A stretch of DNA of 64,000 nt from a virus. Position 1 is the stretch's first letter. Every line of letters starts with the position of its first letter. The notes beneath the pieces are model-generated. The model saw only the letters and a list, made by a program, of their open reading frames with translations. It had not been told where the DNA came from and searched no databases. The translations under genes were made by a program, and so were the position numbers. Positions 1-10,147 of the stretch are shown here, piece by piece. The DNA is taken from positions 1 through 64,000 of the IMG/VR virus record IMGVR_UViG_3300021067_000006. One strand, written 5' to 3'.

Positions 1-135
1 GCGCAGCTCATGCTCGGGGAGCAGCGTTCGGTGAAGCGGCGGACGATCGAGCCCGGGCTGTCGATGCGGCGGCGGGTCGTAGTCGTCGGAAACAGGCAGT
101 GGCTGGGCAAAAGAGGGATGAGAGGGGTTTGCCAT
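1..135 (-). CDS. 5' part of the gene after the tail tube (possibly tail assembly chaperone), truncated by window edge
   Basis: ATG at 135 with GAGGGG upstream, frame open to position 1; function from position only. Confidence 0.3.
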   Translation of the reverse strand, partial: MANPSHPSFAQPLPVSDDYDPPPHRQPGLDRPPLHRTLLPEHELR

Positions 136-162
136 CACCCCTCTCTGCCACGCGCTCGGGCG

Positions 163-612
163 TTAGGGCAATGCGTTGATGTCGATGGGCGCTTCGCTGC
201 ACTTGAACGCGAGCTTGAGCTTGACGTAATCGGTGCGCGAACCCGACGTCGTGGGAATCGAACCCCAGTGCACGTCGCGATACGTCTTGATCACGGTGTC
301 GCCGTTCGCGAAAAACATCGTGCGCACGACGTTGAAAATGACGTCGGGGGTGCGGCGCATCGCCTTCGCTAGGATCGACTCGCGCAGCAAGAACGCGTTC
401 CCCTTGCTGACCTGAAACTCCATGTCGCCACCGAACCCGTTCACGATCTCATCGAACCGGTTCACGTTCTCGCCGAGGAATCCGTCCTCTTTGATCTCGA
501 GCGCGTCCTCGTCGTTGAAGCTCGAAATGGCCGTGATGTCGTTCACGACGACGCCACCCTGGATAATGCGGATCGAAATCTCTTGGCCTCGAATGCGAAG
601 GTCGTCGCTCAT
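163..612 (-). CDS. tail tube protein
   Basis: 149-aa beta-rich ORF immediately downstream of the sheath, the usual myovirus order. Confidence 0.7.
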   Translation of the reverse strand: MSDDLRIRGQEISIRIIQGGVVVNDITAISSFNDEDALEIKEDGFLGENVNRFDEIVNGFGGDMEFQVSKGNAFLLRESILAKAMRRTPDVIFNVVRTMFFANGDTVIKTYRDVHWGSIPTTSGSRTDYVKLKLAFKCSEAPIDINALP

Positions 613-616
613 GGGT

Positions 617-2848
617 TCACGCAGCCTCAGAGATAGTGGTGTTCACGCTCTCGCCGACCTCGGTGTCGAGCACAATGACGTCCATCGACGGCAGCATGCG
701 CACCTTGATCTTGATTCGGAACAGCCCCGCCGCGAGTGACGCAGGGGTGTTGCCGCTCTTCGCGTCCAACGAGTAATCGTCGATGCGCTGGTTCGCGTCG
801 TTGTTCGGCGACTTCAGACCTTCGAGAAAGGCCTTACACTCACCAAAGCACTCGGCTCGGCGCGCCTTCGTCGCGAGCTTTTTCGCGAACGCGTTCATCC
901 GCTGCGCGAGCGAGTCCTGCAGGAAGTACGCGAACCGCGTGCGCGCGATGTTTTTCAGGTTCGGCAGCAGCACCGGGTCGACGTTGACAACGCCCGACTG
1001 AATGATCGCGACGCCTTCGTCGATGCGCAACGCCGCGATACCGGCCGCCTTGAACGCGCGATAGTCCGACTGCGTCATCGCCTGCACGTCGGGGTTGCCG
1101 CGCTCGATGCCGAGCACGCCAGGCATCAGCGACGTGAGCTGCCCCGGGTTTTCTTCCGGGTTGATCTGCGACATCAGCGACGCGGCGAAGATGTCGAAGC
1201 CGACGTCGACGATGCCGTCGGCGGTGAAGCCGGCGCCGCCGGACACGCCACGCCGCGCAATCTCGGGGATGAACGTTTGCGCGCCGGGGAACGCGTACAC
1301 GACGCTCGACGATCGGTAACCGCCGACGCCCGGCTGCGTCGTGGTCGAGCGCGCCTGAGCTCGCGTCGTCGTACCGAGCGGCGGACGAATCACCGCGATG
1401 CGTCCAAACAGACCCTCGGCCGAAGCGGTCACCGCGTTCGACCTGAGCTGCGAGCGCACGATGTTGGACGAGCGCGCCGAGACGACGATGTTCGTCTCGC
1501 GCGCGACGCTGTTCGCGCTGCGCGTCGTCTCGAGCGCGGCGACGTAAGCCGCATCGATCGCCGCCTCGCTGAGCGCGGCCGAAAGCGGCAGCGCGTTTGT
1601 GACGCTGAACGCGTCCAGGTCGATCGGAAACGGCAGCACCGTGACCGTCGCCGTCGCCGTACCAGCGACCGTGCCGTCATCGAGCGCCGGCCGAACCTTC
1701 ACGGTGTACGGCCCTGCGTTCGCCGCGGTCACCGCGATCGTCTGCATCGTGACCCACTCGACCGCGCTGCCGTTGCGCACGCGCGTGCCCGCGGGGATGA
1801 GCCCGGCGGTGCCGAGCGCCGTCGTGCTGGCCACGCCCTCGGTGAAGCCGAACGCGTCGGCCGTCGTCGCGGTCGTCACGGTCAGCGTCGACGCCGGCGT
1901 TGCCGACAGCCGCAGCATACCGTCGTTGCGACGCTCGACGAACACGCCCGGCACGTCGGCCTGAATGACCGTGCGCGCCTCGGCGAAGGTCACCTTATCG
2001 ATGTTCGCGACGTCGCCCGTGCCATTCGCGACCGTCGTGTTCACGGCGAGCGCTGTGCCGACGAGCGCGCTCTGCGCGGTCACGCGCACGTTGCCGCTCG
2101 TGCCGCGCACGCGACCGTCGATGCGCATCGTCGTGCTCGTGAGCGACACCGCCGCGGTGTAGCCGAGCGCCGCGTTGATTCGCGAGATGACCTGAGCCTG
2201 CGACTGGTCGCCGGCGAGGAACGTCACGGTGATCGGACCGACCTGATTCTGCGTGTTCTCGTCGACGACGATCGTCATCGTCTCGCCGCCGACGAACGTC
2301 GTCGGGAACGTCTGCGCACCGCTCGTCTTCTGCGCGATGCCAGCGTCGAACGTCGCAGTCACCGGGCCCGCGCCAAGGTCGACGACGACCGTCTGCCCGG
2401 GCTCGAGATCCCACTCGAACCGATCGTTGCCGAGCTGACTCGGCCGGCGCGTGAACTGCACGGAGCCGACGCTCGTGTCGACGCGCGTCACGGTGAGACG
2501 ACGGAACCGCTTGTTGACGAGCGAGATGTGCCCGTTGCCGTTCCAGAATTCCGGCGCGAGCGCGCCGTCGGCGCGGCGAGCACGCGCGCAAGGGTTATTG
2601 CCGACGACGCCGTCGTACGTGTAGCCGAACGCGCCGAACGTCCCGCCGAGGTCGGTCGATGAGAGCACTTCGGTCGGAGTGAGAAACGGCCCGTCTTCGA
2701 ACTCGGCGACGAGTGAGACGAGCCCAGTGCCGACGCCAGTGACGGCGCCCGGCGGTTCGCGGTCGAGGATGACCACGCCCTCGATGGCGAGCAGCTCGGC
2801 CTGCCCAGGATCTGCGGTGTAGCGTCGAATGAAGCCTGCGCCTGCCAC
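617..2848 (-). CDS. contractile tail sheath protein
   Basis: 743 aa; N-term 'EGVVILDREPPGAVTGVGTG..LVAEFEDGP', C-term 'IKIKVRMLPSMDVIVL' typical of sheaths; AGGAG RBS. Confidence 0.85.
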   Translation of the reverse strand: MAGAGFIRRYTADPGQAELLAIEGVVILDREPPGAVTGVGTGLVSLVAEFEDGPFLTPTEVLSSTDLGGTFGAFGYTYDGVVGNNPCARARRADGALAPEFWNGNGHISLVNKRFRRLTVTRVDTSVGSVQFTRRPSQLGNDRFEWDLEPGQTVVVDLGAGPVTATFDAGIAQKTSGAQTFPTTFVGGETMTIVVDENTQNQVGPITVTFLAGDQSQAQVISRINAALGYTAAVSLTSTTMRIDGRVRGTSGNVRVTAQSALVGTALAVNTTVANGTGDVANIDKVTFAEARTVIQADVPGVFVERRNDGMLRLSATPASTLTVTTATTADAFGFTEGVASTTALGTAGLIPAGTRVRNGSAVEWVTMQTIAVTAANAGPYTVKVRPALDDGTVAGTATATVTVLPFPIDLDAFSVTNALPLSAALSEAAIDAAYVAALETTRSANSVARETNIVVSARSSNIVRSQLRSNAVTASAEGLFGRIAVIRPPLGTTTRAQARSTTTQPGVGGYRSSSVVYAFPGAQTFIPEIARRGVSGGAGFTADGIVDVGFDIFAASLMSQINPEENPGQLTSLMPGVLGIERGNPDVQAMTQSDYRAFKAAGIAALRIDEGVAIIQSGVVNVDPVLLPNLKNIARTRFAYFLQDSLAQRMNAFAKKLATKARRAECFGECKAFLEGLKSPNNDANQRIDDYSLDAKSGNTPASLAAGLFRIKIKVRMLPSMDVIVLDTEVGESVNTTISEAA

Positions 2849-2902
2849 GTCGTGCGCTCCTCTGTTGCGGGGTCCCGGTGGGGACGTGGTGACGATAGCA
2901 GG

Positions 2903-3637
2903 CTAGGCGAACGTGCTGTCGAACGTATCGTCGAAGACACGCTCACCAGGCTCGGGCGTCGGCTCGGGAACCACGACCGCAGCAACCTCGACCTCGACGG
3001 CCGGCACGACCTCGGTGAGCACCTCAGGCCGGAAGCGCGCGAGCCGTACCGGCGCGAGCTCGGCAACGCGCAGCGTGACCGTGAGCTGCGCGCGGCGCCG
3101 GTTGAGCGAGGCCTGCGCTTCGTCGATGAGCCGCGACTCGCCAAGCTCGAAGATGGCCGTGGCGTCGAAGTAGTCCGGCAACGAAAGCCGAAGCGGGTCC
3201 TGCAGCGCGACGCGCAGCCCGCCCACGATCGCGCGGCGCGTCGCCTGCTTGCCCGCGATGACCTCGATCGTGAAGGTCTCCACGTACTCGCCGAGCCGCA
3301 AGAGCGCGGTGCCCGGGCCGAGCTTCCCCTCGCTGCCGGCAGCCACCTCGAGTGGCCCGAGATCCGTGTTCTGCGTCGAGCCCGAGCCGGGGATGAACGC
3401 CACCGCGGGCAGGTTGAGGTCGGTGGGCGAATCCGGTTGGTACGGGTGAATGCTCGTGCGGTGCAACCGGAAGTGCCGCGCCGCTTCGTTGCGCGCCATC
3501 GTGCGCGAGAACGTAAGCAGCGAGATGAACTCCCGCAGGCGCGCGAGCGCGTACGTGCGCGCGTCTTTATCGGGCAACGCGCTCGTCACGAGCAACGGCT
3601 CGTACCCACGAGCGACGACGTCGGCGAGCGTCGTCAT
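2903..3637 (-). CDS. tail completion/terminator-like structural protein
   Basis: ATG overlaps upstream TGA (3634-3637); lies between neck genes and sheath; C-terminal FDDTFDSTF. Confidence 0.45.
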   Translation of the reverse strand: MTTLADVVARGYEPLLVTSALPDKDARTYALARLREFISLLTFSRTMARNEAARHFRLHRTSIHPYQPDSPTDLNLPAVAFIPGSGSTQNTDLGPLEVAAGSEGKLGPGTALLRLGEYVETFTIEVIAGKQATRRAIVGGLRVALQDPLRLSLPDYFDATAIFELGESRLIDEAQASLNRRRAQLTVTLRVAELAPVRLARFRPEVLTEVVPAVEVEVAAVVVPEPTPEPGERVFDDTFDSTFA

Positions 3638-4173
3638 GTGATGCGCCCGAGCTCGCGCGTGATCTCTTCGTCCATGATGGAGCCGATCCGTTTCTCGATG
3701 AGCTCGGCGAGGATGCCCTGCCCGGGGATGCCGTCGCGGTAGTGAATCCCGCGCTTTTTCATGCGCGAGATGATGGCCCACGCGAGCTGCCGCGCCATCA
3801 TCTCGCCGTGCGCCTGGAAGCCGTGCTTGCGCTGCTTGACCAGGCCCTTCCGAAAGATCCACTGCACGAGCGCGTCGAGCATCGCGCGACTCGCCTTCAC
3901 GTTCTCGGGGCGCACGCCGCCCTCGACGAACAGCGTGTGCGGCTCGTCGTTGTAAATCTCGCTGCCGCCCGCCACGCGACGCGCATTCCAACCGGCGCGA
4001 AAGACGCCGCGGTCGACCGGCTGCGGCGAACGCGCGGGGATGATCTCCGTTTTGATGACACGCACGCCGCGCAGCGCCGCGCTGTGCAGCCCGCGCTCGG
4101 CCGCTTTCACCATGTCTTTGTTCAGCGCGTCGAAGTGCTGCGCAGCCTCGGCCAGGGTGATGACGACCGCCAT
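3634..4173 (-). CDS. HK97 gp10-like neck/tail component
   Basis: 'PVDRGVFRAGW...IYNDEPHTLFVEGG' resembles the gp10-type PVDTG..YA.FVE.G motif; synteny. Confidence 0.6.
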   Translation of the reverse strand: MAVVITLAEAAQHFDALNKDMVKAAERGLHSAALRGVRVIKTEIIPARSPQPVDRGVFRAGWNARRVAGGSEIYNDEPHTLFVEGGVRPENVKASRAMLDALVQWIFRKGLVKQRKHGFQAHGEMMARQLAWAIISRMKKRGIHYRDGIPGQGILAELIEKRIGSIMDEEITRELGRIT

Positions 4174-4176
4174 GGA

Positions 4177-4797
4177 TCAGACTTCCTCGACGTCCTCTTC
4201 GGTGATGCGCGACTCGCCCGCGCGCGTGAGCTCGTCGCTCGCCGCCTCAAGCGCGACCGTCCAGTACAGCGACCCCTCGCGGCGCGCCGGCTCGCCGAAC
4301 AGCCGAAAGCGGCGCCGATGCGTGAGCTGCCCGTCGCCGCGGTCGTCCTCGGCGATCTCCCAAAAAAAGTCGACGCGTTCGCTCGAGCGCGGCTCGAGCA
4401 GCGTGCCCGACACCGGTGTCGACCCGGGCGGCCGCGGCGCCCGCGCACCCTCGCTCGGGATGGTGAGACCCTTCAGGTTCTCGGCCGTGTACGCGCCGGC
4501 GCTGATCTGGTCGACGCGCAGCATCCCCTCAGGGAACATGCCCGCCGACCACGGCCTGAGCGCGATCGCTGACATGTCCGAGACGCGCGGCGTCGGCAAG
4601 AGCTCGACGCGCGCCAGCACGCTCTCATCGCCCTCCCCGCGCTCCTCGCCGGTCCACCGCGTCCACACCAAAAACACGCGCTGCGAGCGCAGGCCGAACC
4701 GCGTGTTGAGCTGCCGCAGCCGGTCGGCAACGCGGGTCAGCCGGTGAGCGACCGTCGTGCGCGGCTGGCCTGGACGGAGCGGCTTGGGATCGGGCAC
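4177..4797 (-). CDS. putative head-closure protein
   Basis: 206 aa between adaptor and gp10-like gene; synteny only. Confidence 0.45.
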   Translation of the reverse strand: MPDPKPLRPGQPRTTVAHRLTRVADRLRQLNTRFGLRSQRVFLVWTRWTGEERGEGDESVLARVELLPTPRVSDMSAIALRPWSAGMFPEGMLRVDQISAGAYTAENLKGLTIPSEGARAPRPPGSTPVSGTLLEPRSSERVDFFWEIAEDDRGDGQLTHRRRFRLFGEPARREGSLYWTVALEAASDELTRAGESRITEEDVEEV

Positions 4798-5013
4798 CCG
4801 CTCATTCTGACCCGAAGCCCGTCCGTGGGGGTGGGGGTATAAGCGGCCGGCGCGCGGACAGCGGGGGGGTGGTTGTCACTGCGCGCCGGCCTGACTCGAT
4901 GATGCCACCTTGCTCGGTGGGCACCTCGCTCGCGAACCACGGGGCGCACGGTTCGGTGTCTCGCTCGTCGTCGTCACGCATCCCGCTGTCGTGGCGCGAG
5001 CGCGGGGCAGCCG

Positions 5014-5406
5014 TCAAACGACGCGCACGCTAAGCCCGCGCCCGCTCGTTCGCTTGTCGAACGGGTTGCGGATCACGCCGAGCAGGTTGCAGAGCGAATC
5101 GACCCAGTAGTCGTAACGCTTCGTGAGCTCGCGCTGCTCGTTGCCGTTGACCGAAATCTCGCCGAGCTGCGCTACCGCGAGCAGCTCGTGATTGTTGACC
5201 GACTGTTCCTCGATGGAGTCGAGGATCTGCAGCTGCCGACGAAGCTCGGGGAGCGCCGCCTCGAGTACGCGGTTCATCGCACCTTCGATGATGAACTGCG
5301 TCTCGACCGCAGCCGGTACGCCGAGAGTGAACGTCGCAGCTTCCTGCACGTTCAGGTAACCGGTGTGGTGCCGGACCTTCACCTTTTCCGCGTCGGTCAG
5401 CGGCAT
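5014..5406 (-). CDS. putative head-tail adaptor
   Basis: 130-aa helical protein 'MPLTDAEKVKVRHHTGY' downstream of capsid. Confidence 0.5.
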   Translation of the reverse strand: MPLTDAEKVKVRHHTGYLNVQEAATFTLGVPAAVETQFIIEGAMNRVLEAALPELRRQLQILDSIEEQSVNNHELLAVAQLGEISVNGNEQRELTKRYDYWVDSLCNLLGVIRNPFDKRTSGRGLSVRVV

Positions 5407-5410
5407 GCGA

Positions 5411-5602
5411 CTACCCGAACACGACGTCGTCGCGCCGTCGGCCCTTCGCTTTCGCGTACGTGGTTCGGATGCGCGTGACGCCGGCGGCGCGCATCAGATC
5501 GGCAGCGAGTCCCCACAGGAAGTTTTCGAGCGCGACGCGGGTGCCGTGCTCCGCTTGCTCGCGCTCGAACTGCACGATCGTCGCCTGGCGCAGCGGCTTC
5601 AT
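5411..5602 (-). CDS. hypothetical protein
   Basis: ATG overlapping upstream TGA. Confidence 0.45.
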   Translation of the reverse strand: MKPLRQATIVQFEREQAEHGTRVALENFLWGLAADLMRAAGVTRIRTTYAKAKGRRRDDVVFG

Positions 5603-5859
5603 CCCACCCGCTCCGGCCAACACCACTTACCCCGCGCGTGGTCGCTTCCTGCGGGTTCGTCAGTTCGCTCACATCGAGCGAGATCAAACTGCCCTGTTTT
5701 ATAGAACACGTGGAGAGACACGGTACCGTCGTCGTTCAGCCCCGTGATGATAGCGGCCTGCACCGTCGGCGGATACTTCCCATCGCGGTCGCCGAGATTC
5801 GTGTAGTGCACGACGCGGCCGATGCTCGGGCGTTGCACGGGAACCGGACGCTCGGTCAC
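5599..5859 (-). CDS. small conserved-looking phage protein
   Basis: 'PSIGRVVHY..AAIIT..VSLHVF..WCWPER' pattern; coupled overlaps on both sides. Confidence 0.6.
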   Translation of the reverse strand: MTERPVPVQRPSIGRVVHYTNLGDRDGKYPPTVQAAIITGLNDDGTVSLHVFYKTGQFDLARCERTDEPAGSDHARGKWCWPERVG

Positions 5860-6239
5860 GACGCGTCCCCCTCGTACGGCTCGAGCTTGATGCCCTGCTG
5901 CTTGAGCCGCCCGATGTCGTAGTTGTGATCGTCGATGATCTTACCCTCGTGAAAACGGGCGCGCGTGCCGCTCACATCCGAAGCCTGACCACCGCGGGTG
6001 ATGATGTACTGCTTCGGGCGCGGCGCCGCGGCGAGCTCGCCTTCGTCGACCGCGCTGCCCGCGGTGTATGCCGGACCGATCGCCGGCACCGTGCTCGTCG
6101 TGACTGGCGTGTTCGTGTCCTTCGCTTCGGGAATCGGCTCGAGCGCGTCGAGTCCCGGGCCCGACACTTCGACGTGCTCGTTCGGCTTGCTGCTACCCGA
6201 CATCACGCTCGGATGCTGTGCGTTTCGTCCTGCTCGCAT
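5856..6239 (-). CDS. hypothetical virion-associated protein
   Basis: first ORF after MCP, AGGAG upstream. Confidence 0.5.
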   Translation of the reverse strand: MRAGRNAQHPSVMSGSSKPNEHVEVSGPGLDALEPIPEAKDTNTPVTTSTVPAIGPAYTAGSAVDEGELAAAPRPKQYIITRGGQASDVSGTRARFHEGKIIDDHNYDIGRLKQQGIKLEPYEGDAS

Positions 6240-6272
6240 TTGCTTCGGCTCCTGAAAGAGAGGGGTTTCAGA

Positions 6273-6306
6273 AGTCAGGGCCCGACGGACACGCCGAGCC
6301 CTGACT
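6273..6306 (-). terminator. stem-loop downstream of major capsid gene (terminator or mRNA stabiliser)
   Basis: AGTCAGGGCTCGGCG-TGTC-CGTCGGGCCCTGACT 15-bp stem; U-tail weak. Confidence 0.55.
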
Positions 6307-6341
6307 CACCGAAGCATGTTGCCAGCCGAACGCGGACGAGG

Positions 6342-7736
6342 CTAGCCGCTGAGCGCGTGCTCGATGATGACGGCGCGCTTGAAGCGCTCGGGTCCGCCGC
6401 TCACGACGTCGCTCGGCACCGCGAACGCCGTCGTGATCGACCAGCTCGACGACACGATGTCCTGCAACCGGTTGAGCGGCGCGCGGAGGATGAGCCGCAC
6501 GTGCTCCGTCTGCACCTCGAGTCCGGCGTTGACGACCTGGAAATCACCGACCTTTCCGGTGATGCCGGCCTCGGTCACGTAGTTGCTCTCGTCGAGGTAC
6601 TTCTCGACCAGCGCGCCGCGGCCCGTGACCAGGATGCGACCGATACCGACGCCGCTCTCGTTCGTCGTCTCCGCGCCGATGTCCTCGGAGTACGCGGCCA
6701 TCGTGCCCGTCGTCGTGCGCGGCCCTGAGTTGCTCGCGTCCGGCGTTTCGTTGTTCAGGAAGAACGAGAGACCTGCGATCGACCCGATGAATGCGTCCTG
6801 GAAAACGCCGTCGGGCATCGAGGTGTTGAGCCGCTGAATGATCGGGTCGGTGAAAATCTGCGCGTTGCCGTCGGTCGAAATGTGCGCGTGATACGTGCCG
6901 TCTTCGTGCGGGGGAACGTTGTTCTTCCGCAAGTAACTCGTCGCCGCGATGGCGTCCTGCAGCTGGAACACGTCGCTCATTCCGAGCGCGTCGACGCTGA
7001 GCCCGCCGCCCGAGCGGATGATCTTCGGGCGCGCGCTCGACAGCACCGGCGCGCGCACCGCGACGATTGCGCCGACCGCAGCGCTGAGCATCAGCGTGCC
7101 CGGGCCGAACGGATCGTCGGGATTGTCGAGGTCGTAGCCGATGACGTTGCGCGTGATCGCGGTCGCGCCGCTCTGAATCGTGATCGACAGCGGCGTGTTC
7201 GAGCTCACGAGCGACGGCCGCACATTGGTGCCCTTGACCACGACGTCGGTGAAGCCGTTCACGCTCGCGACGCGGATCGCGGTGTCGGCTGCCGCGGTCG
7301 CCGCGATGAGGTTCGTGTGCCCGCTCAGGTACTCGCGATGCAGGATGTTTCGTGGGATGCGGTTCAACGACATGCCCGCCTGCAGCCCGAGCTGATGAAT
7401 GTTTCGCAGGAACAGGTTGACGTTCGCCACCGCCGCCGTCGGCATGTGCGTGTCGATGGTGCCGGCGTACCGCGCGAGCCGCGCGACCCACTGCTCGTAA
7501 GACACCGTCTGCGGCTGCGGATCGGTGCCCGGCTGTAACGGCTTCGTGATCGCGGGCAGCAAGCCCGGCCGAGTCATGAAAATCTCGGTGCCGGTGTTGG
7601 CTTCCCATTCCTCCTGCACCGCTTCGCTGCGATACAGAAGTTGCGGGTAGAGGCCGTCATGGAAGGCGCGCTCCATAAGGCCCTGCTGCACGACGTTGAG
7701 AACTGACGACGGTACGCCGAGCACTAGTTGTGTCAT
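6342..7736 (-). CDS. major capsid protein
   Basis: 464 aa after scaffold, strong AGGAG RBS; 'YHAHISTD', 'FIGSIAGLSFF', 'RAPLNRLQDIVSSSW' fit an HK97-fold MCP. Confidence 0.8.
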   Translation of the reverse strand: MTQLVLGVPSSVLNVVQQGLMERAFHDGLYPQLLYRSEAVQEEWEANTGTEIFMTRPGLLPAITKPLQPGTDPQPQTVSYEQWVARLARYAGTIDTHMPTAAVANVNLFLRNIHQLGLQAGMSLNRIPRNILHREYLSGHTNLIAATAAADTAIRVASVNGFTDVVVKGTNVRPSLVSSNTPLSITIQSGATAITRNVIGYDLDNPDDPFGPGTLMLSAAVGAIVAVRAPVLSSARPKIIRSGGGLSVDALGMSDVFQLQDAIAATSYLRKNNVPPHEDGTYHAHISTDGNAQIFTDPIIQRLNTSMPDGVFQDAFIGSIAGLSFFLNNETPDASNSGPRTTTGTMAAYSEDIGAETTNESGVGIGRILVTGRGALVEKYLDESNYVTEAGITGKVGDFQVVNAGLEVQTEHVRLILRAPLNRLQDIVSSSWSITTAFAVPSDVVSGGPERFKRAVIIEHALSG

Positions 7737-7908
7737 CGGGGGTGGCTCCTAAACGCGCGGTGCGCGCGACGTTGAACGGGGATGTCGCGTCCCTCAGTTC
7801 CGTCGGCAGGAGCCGCCCTGTTTCTGTCCGCGCGGGCGGTGCGCGGGGGTGCCTCGGTGAACCGTTGGGGGTTGCCGGAGGTTAGCGCGTCACTCTCGCG
7901 CAATGCAA
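7737..7908 (-). promoter_or_regulatory. candidate capsid promoter and structured 5' leader
   Basis: TTGCAT(7903-7908)-N18-TAACCT(7879-7884); GGGCGGCTCCT can pair with the RBS segment AGGAGCCACCC. Confidence 0.45.
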
Positions 7909-7988
7909 CGCGAGCGCGAGGCTGCGCGACTCAAACGGCGCTCGCACAGATGCGAGAAGCTCGACGCGCAGCCTCGCCCTCGGCGAGC

Positions 7989-8897
7989 TCACCAGGGCTT
8001 GAGGCCCTGCTTTTTCACGTGGGCATTCAGCTCGGAACGCGACATCGAATTCGCCTGCCCGGGCCGTGCCGTCTTGCCGCTTTCGGTCGTTCCCGGGTTG
8101 CGGCCCGCCGGGCGCGGCGGGTTCGCCACGCTCGGCCGTCGCGCGGGAACGGTGCCCGGGCGCGCGCCGACGGGCACGCGCGGCTTTGGTGCCGGCGGTG
8201 CCGGCGGAGTCTTGGGTTTGCCCATGTCGTCTCCGTCTCCGGTGCCGCTATCGTCGGCAGCTCGCGCGGCAGCCGGCGCGAACTCCGGGTTGTCGCGAAC
8301 GAAGTCGCGGAACCACTTCGTGATCTGCGCGTCGCCGAGCTTGCGCTGTTCGTCTTTCGTGAGGCTCACGACGTGACGGCGGAACGCATCGACTGCGCCT
8401 TCGATGAGCACCGGTTTCGCCGCGACGAACTGCGACGCCACCGAGCGGATCTTGAAGCCCTGCCGCTCGCTCGCGAGCGACTGCTGCGCTGAGTCGCGCT
8501 CCTGCTTGAGCCGCGCGATCTCGGTGTCGCGCTCAGCGATATCCTGCTTGAGCCGCTCGATCTCGCTCATCTCCGAGCGCTTGCGGTCCTCGGCCTCTTT
8601 CCGCAGGCGCTCGGCTTCCTCGATCTTCGCCTTGCGGTCGGCGCGGATGCGCTCGATTTCCTTCTCGTCGTCAGTGCCGTACTCGTCGCGCAGCAGGCGC
8701 TTGCGCTCGGCCGCGCGCGCCTCGGCCTTCGCCTTGCTCACGGCCTCGTCGCTGAGCGGCGCCCCGCCGCGCCCGACCACACGGCGCTGTTGTTGCTGCG
8801 CTGGCGGGTCTTGCTGCGGCGGGTCGCCGGTCTCTTCGTCGTCCTGCTGCGCGTCTTCGAGCTGTTGCTGGTCGGGTTGAAGGTCGTCGTCAGGCAT
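7989..8897 (-). CDS. capsid scaffolding protein
   Basis: acidic N-term, long coiled coil, Pro-rich C-term; directly upstream of MCP. Confidence 0.75.
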   Translation of the reverse strand: MPDDDLQPDQQQLEDAQQDDEETGDPPQQDPPAQQQQRRVVGRGGAPLSDEAVSKAKAEARAAERKRLLRDEYGTDDEKEIERIRADRKAKIEEAERLRKEAEDRKRSEMSEIERLKQDIAERDTEIARLKQERDSAQQSLASERQGFKIRSVASQFVAAKPVLIEGAVDAFRRHVVSLTKDEQRKLGDAQITKWFRDFVRDNPEFAPAAARAADDSGTGDGDDMGKPKTPPAPPAPKPRVPVGARPGTVPARRPSVANPPRPAGRNPGTTESGKTARPGQANSMSRSELNAHVKKQGLKPW

Positions 8898-8973
8898 CGG
8901 GGAGAGGGTCCTTTAGCAGAGGGGAGCCCCGATGCCGCCCGACGCAACATGCTCGAGAGGCGACAGGGCCCGA

Positions 8974-9648
8974 TCAGATCATCGAGTCGGTGTCGGTCAG
9001 GATCGCCGCGAGGTCGAACTCGGTGCCGATGAGGCACTTGATCCGAGCGCGGGTCACCGCGTCGGTCGCCGCGTTGAACAGCACCTGAGTCTTCGCCACG
9101 TTGAGCCGCGCCTGCAGCGTGGCAGGCGCGGTGCCCGGAACCAGCACGATCTTCTTGCCGACGACCGCGCCCTCGAGCGCCTCGGCCTCGAGCAGCAGCA
9201 CGACGCCGCGCGCGTAATGGCCGCTCGTCGGCAGCGTGAGCACGCCCGCCGTCACCGGGAACACCGATTCGATGACGTCGCCGCGCTCAGGCGCATAGGT
9301 GATGTCGACGTCGGTGATGGCGTCGGTCGCCAGCGTCACGATGTTGCCGTTCGGCGCGACTGCGATCTGGCCGGTCGTCGGCGTCGCGCCGTACGCCACG
9401 ACGGCGAGTTCGCCGGTCACACCGCCCGCGCGCGAGGTCGCGCGGTAGATGCTCGTCGCGCGGCTCGACGGATCGAGCACGAGCGTGTCGAGCGTCGCGA
9501 GGTTGTAGGCGGACACACCGAGCGCGTCCATGTTGATCCGCCGTCGATGCTGGACGACGTTGCCGGCGAGCAAGTCGCCGACGCGCACCTTGCGCAAGTA
9601 GTTGGCGACCGTGGTCGGGTTCGCGCGATTCATTCCGATACGTGACAT
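8974..9648 (-). CDS. putative virion structural/decoration protein
   Basis: A/T/V-rich 224 aa in head module, AGGAG RBS. Confidence 0.5.
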   Translation of the reverse strand: MSRIGMNRANPTTVANYLRKVRVGDLLAGNVVQHRRRINMDALGVSAYNLATLDTLVLDPSSRATSIYRATSRAGGVTGELAVVAYGATPTTGQIAVAPNGNIVTLATDAITDVDITYAPERGDVIESVFPVTAGVLTLPTSGHYARGVVLLLEAEALEGAVVGKKIVLVPGTAPATLQARLNVAKTQVLFNAATDAVTRARIKCLIGTEFDLAAILTDTDSMI

Positions 9649-9710
9649 GGGGGCTCTCCTATCAGTTGACGCCGCGGCGCGGAGGTACGCCGCGACTTGT
9701 GGGGTCTACT

Positions 9711-10106
9711 CTACTGCGAACCGGACACGAAGAACTCGATCGTTCCCGTGCCCTGCGCTTCGACGAGCTTCAGGTACCGCAGCGAACTGAACTCGCGCAG
9801 CAGCAAGCCATCGACGGGTACGAGCTCGAGCACATCAGCGCCTGCGCCATCGTCGACCGTGAGACGCAGCACGAGCGGTCCGCTCGTTTTCACGTACAGG
9901 AAATCGCCGCGCGTGATCGACGCGAGCGATGCGTACGACGGCGACGGCGCGTTCACCTGCCGCACGAGCACACCTGTCGCCGCACCGAAAGTCTTCGTGC
10001 CGCTCCGAAACGCGAGCGGAACCGACCAGCTCGACGCGGGGAACGACTCGCTGCCGCCTTGCGAGGGGCCCGCGTCGAGCGAGCCGGAGAGCTTGATCTG
10101 GCTCAT
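9711..10106 (-). CDS. putative structural protein
   Basis: 131-aa beta-rich ORF with GAGG RBS. Confidence 0.45.
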   Translation of the reverse strand: MSQIKLSGSLDAGPSQGGSESFPASSWSVPLAFRSGTKTFGAATGVLVRQVNAPSPSYASLASITRGDFLYVKTSGPLVLRLTVDDGAGADVLELVPVDGLLLREFSSLRYLKLVEAQGTGTIEFFVSGSQ

Positions 10107-10120
10107 CGCCGGCCCTCAAA

Positions 10121-10142
10121 TATGGAAGCGCGCGGATGCATA
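10121..10142. repeat. 22-bp dispersed palindrome, copy 1 (intergenic)
   Basis: TATGGAAGCGCGCGGATGCATA, just upstream of the RBS of 9711..10106. Confidence 0.75.
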
Positions 10143-10147
10143 TCGGG

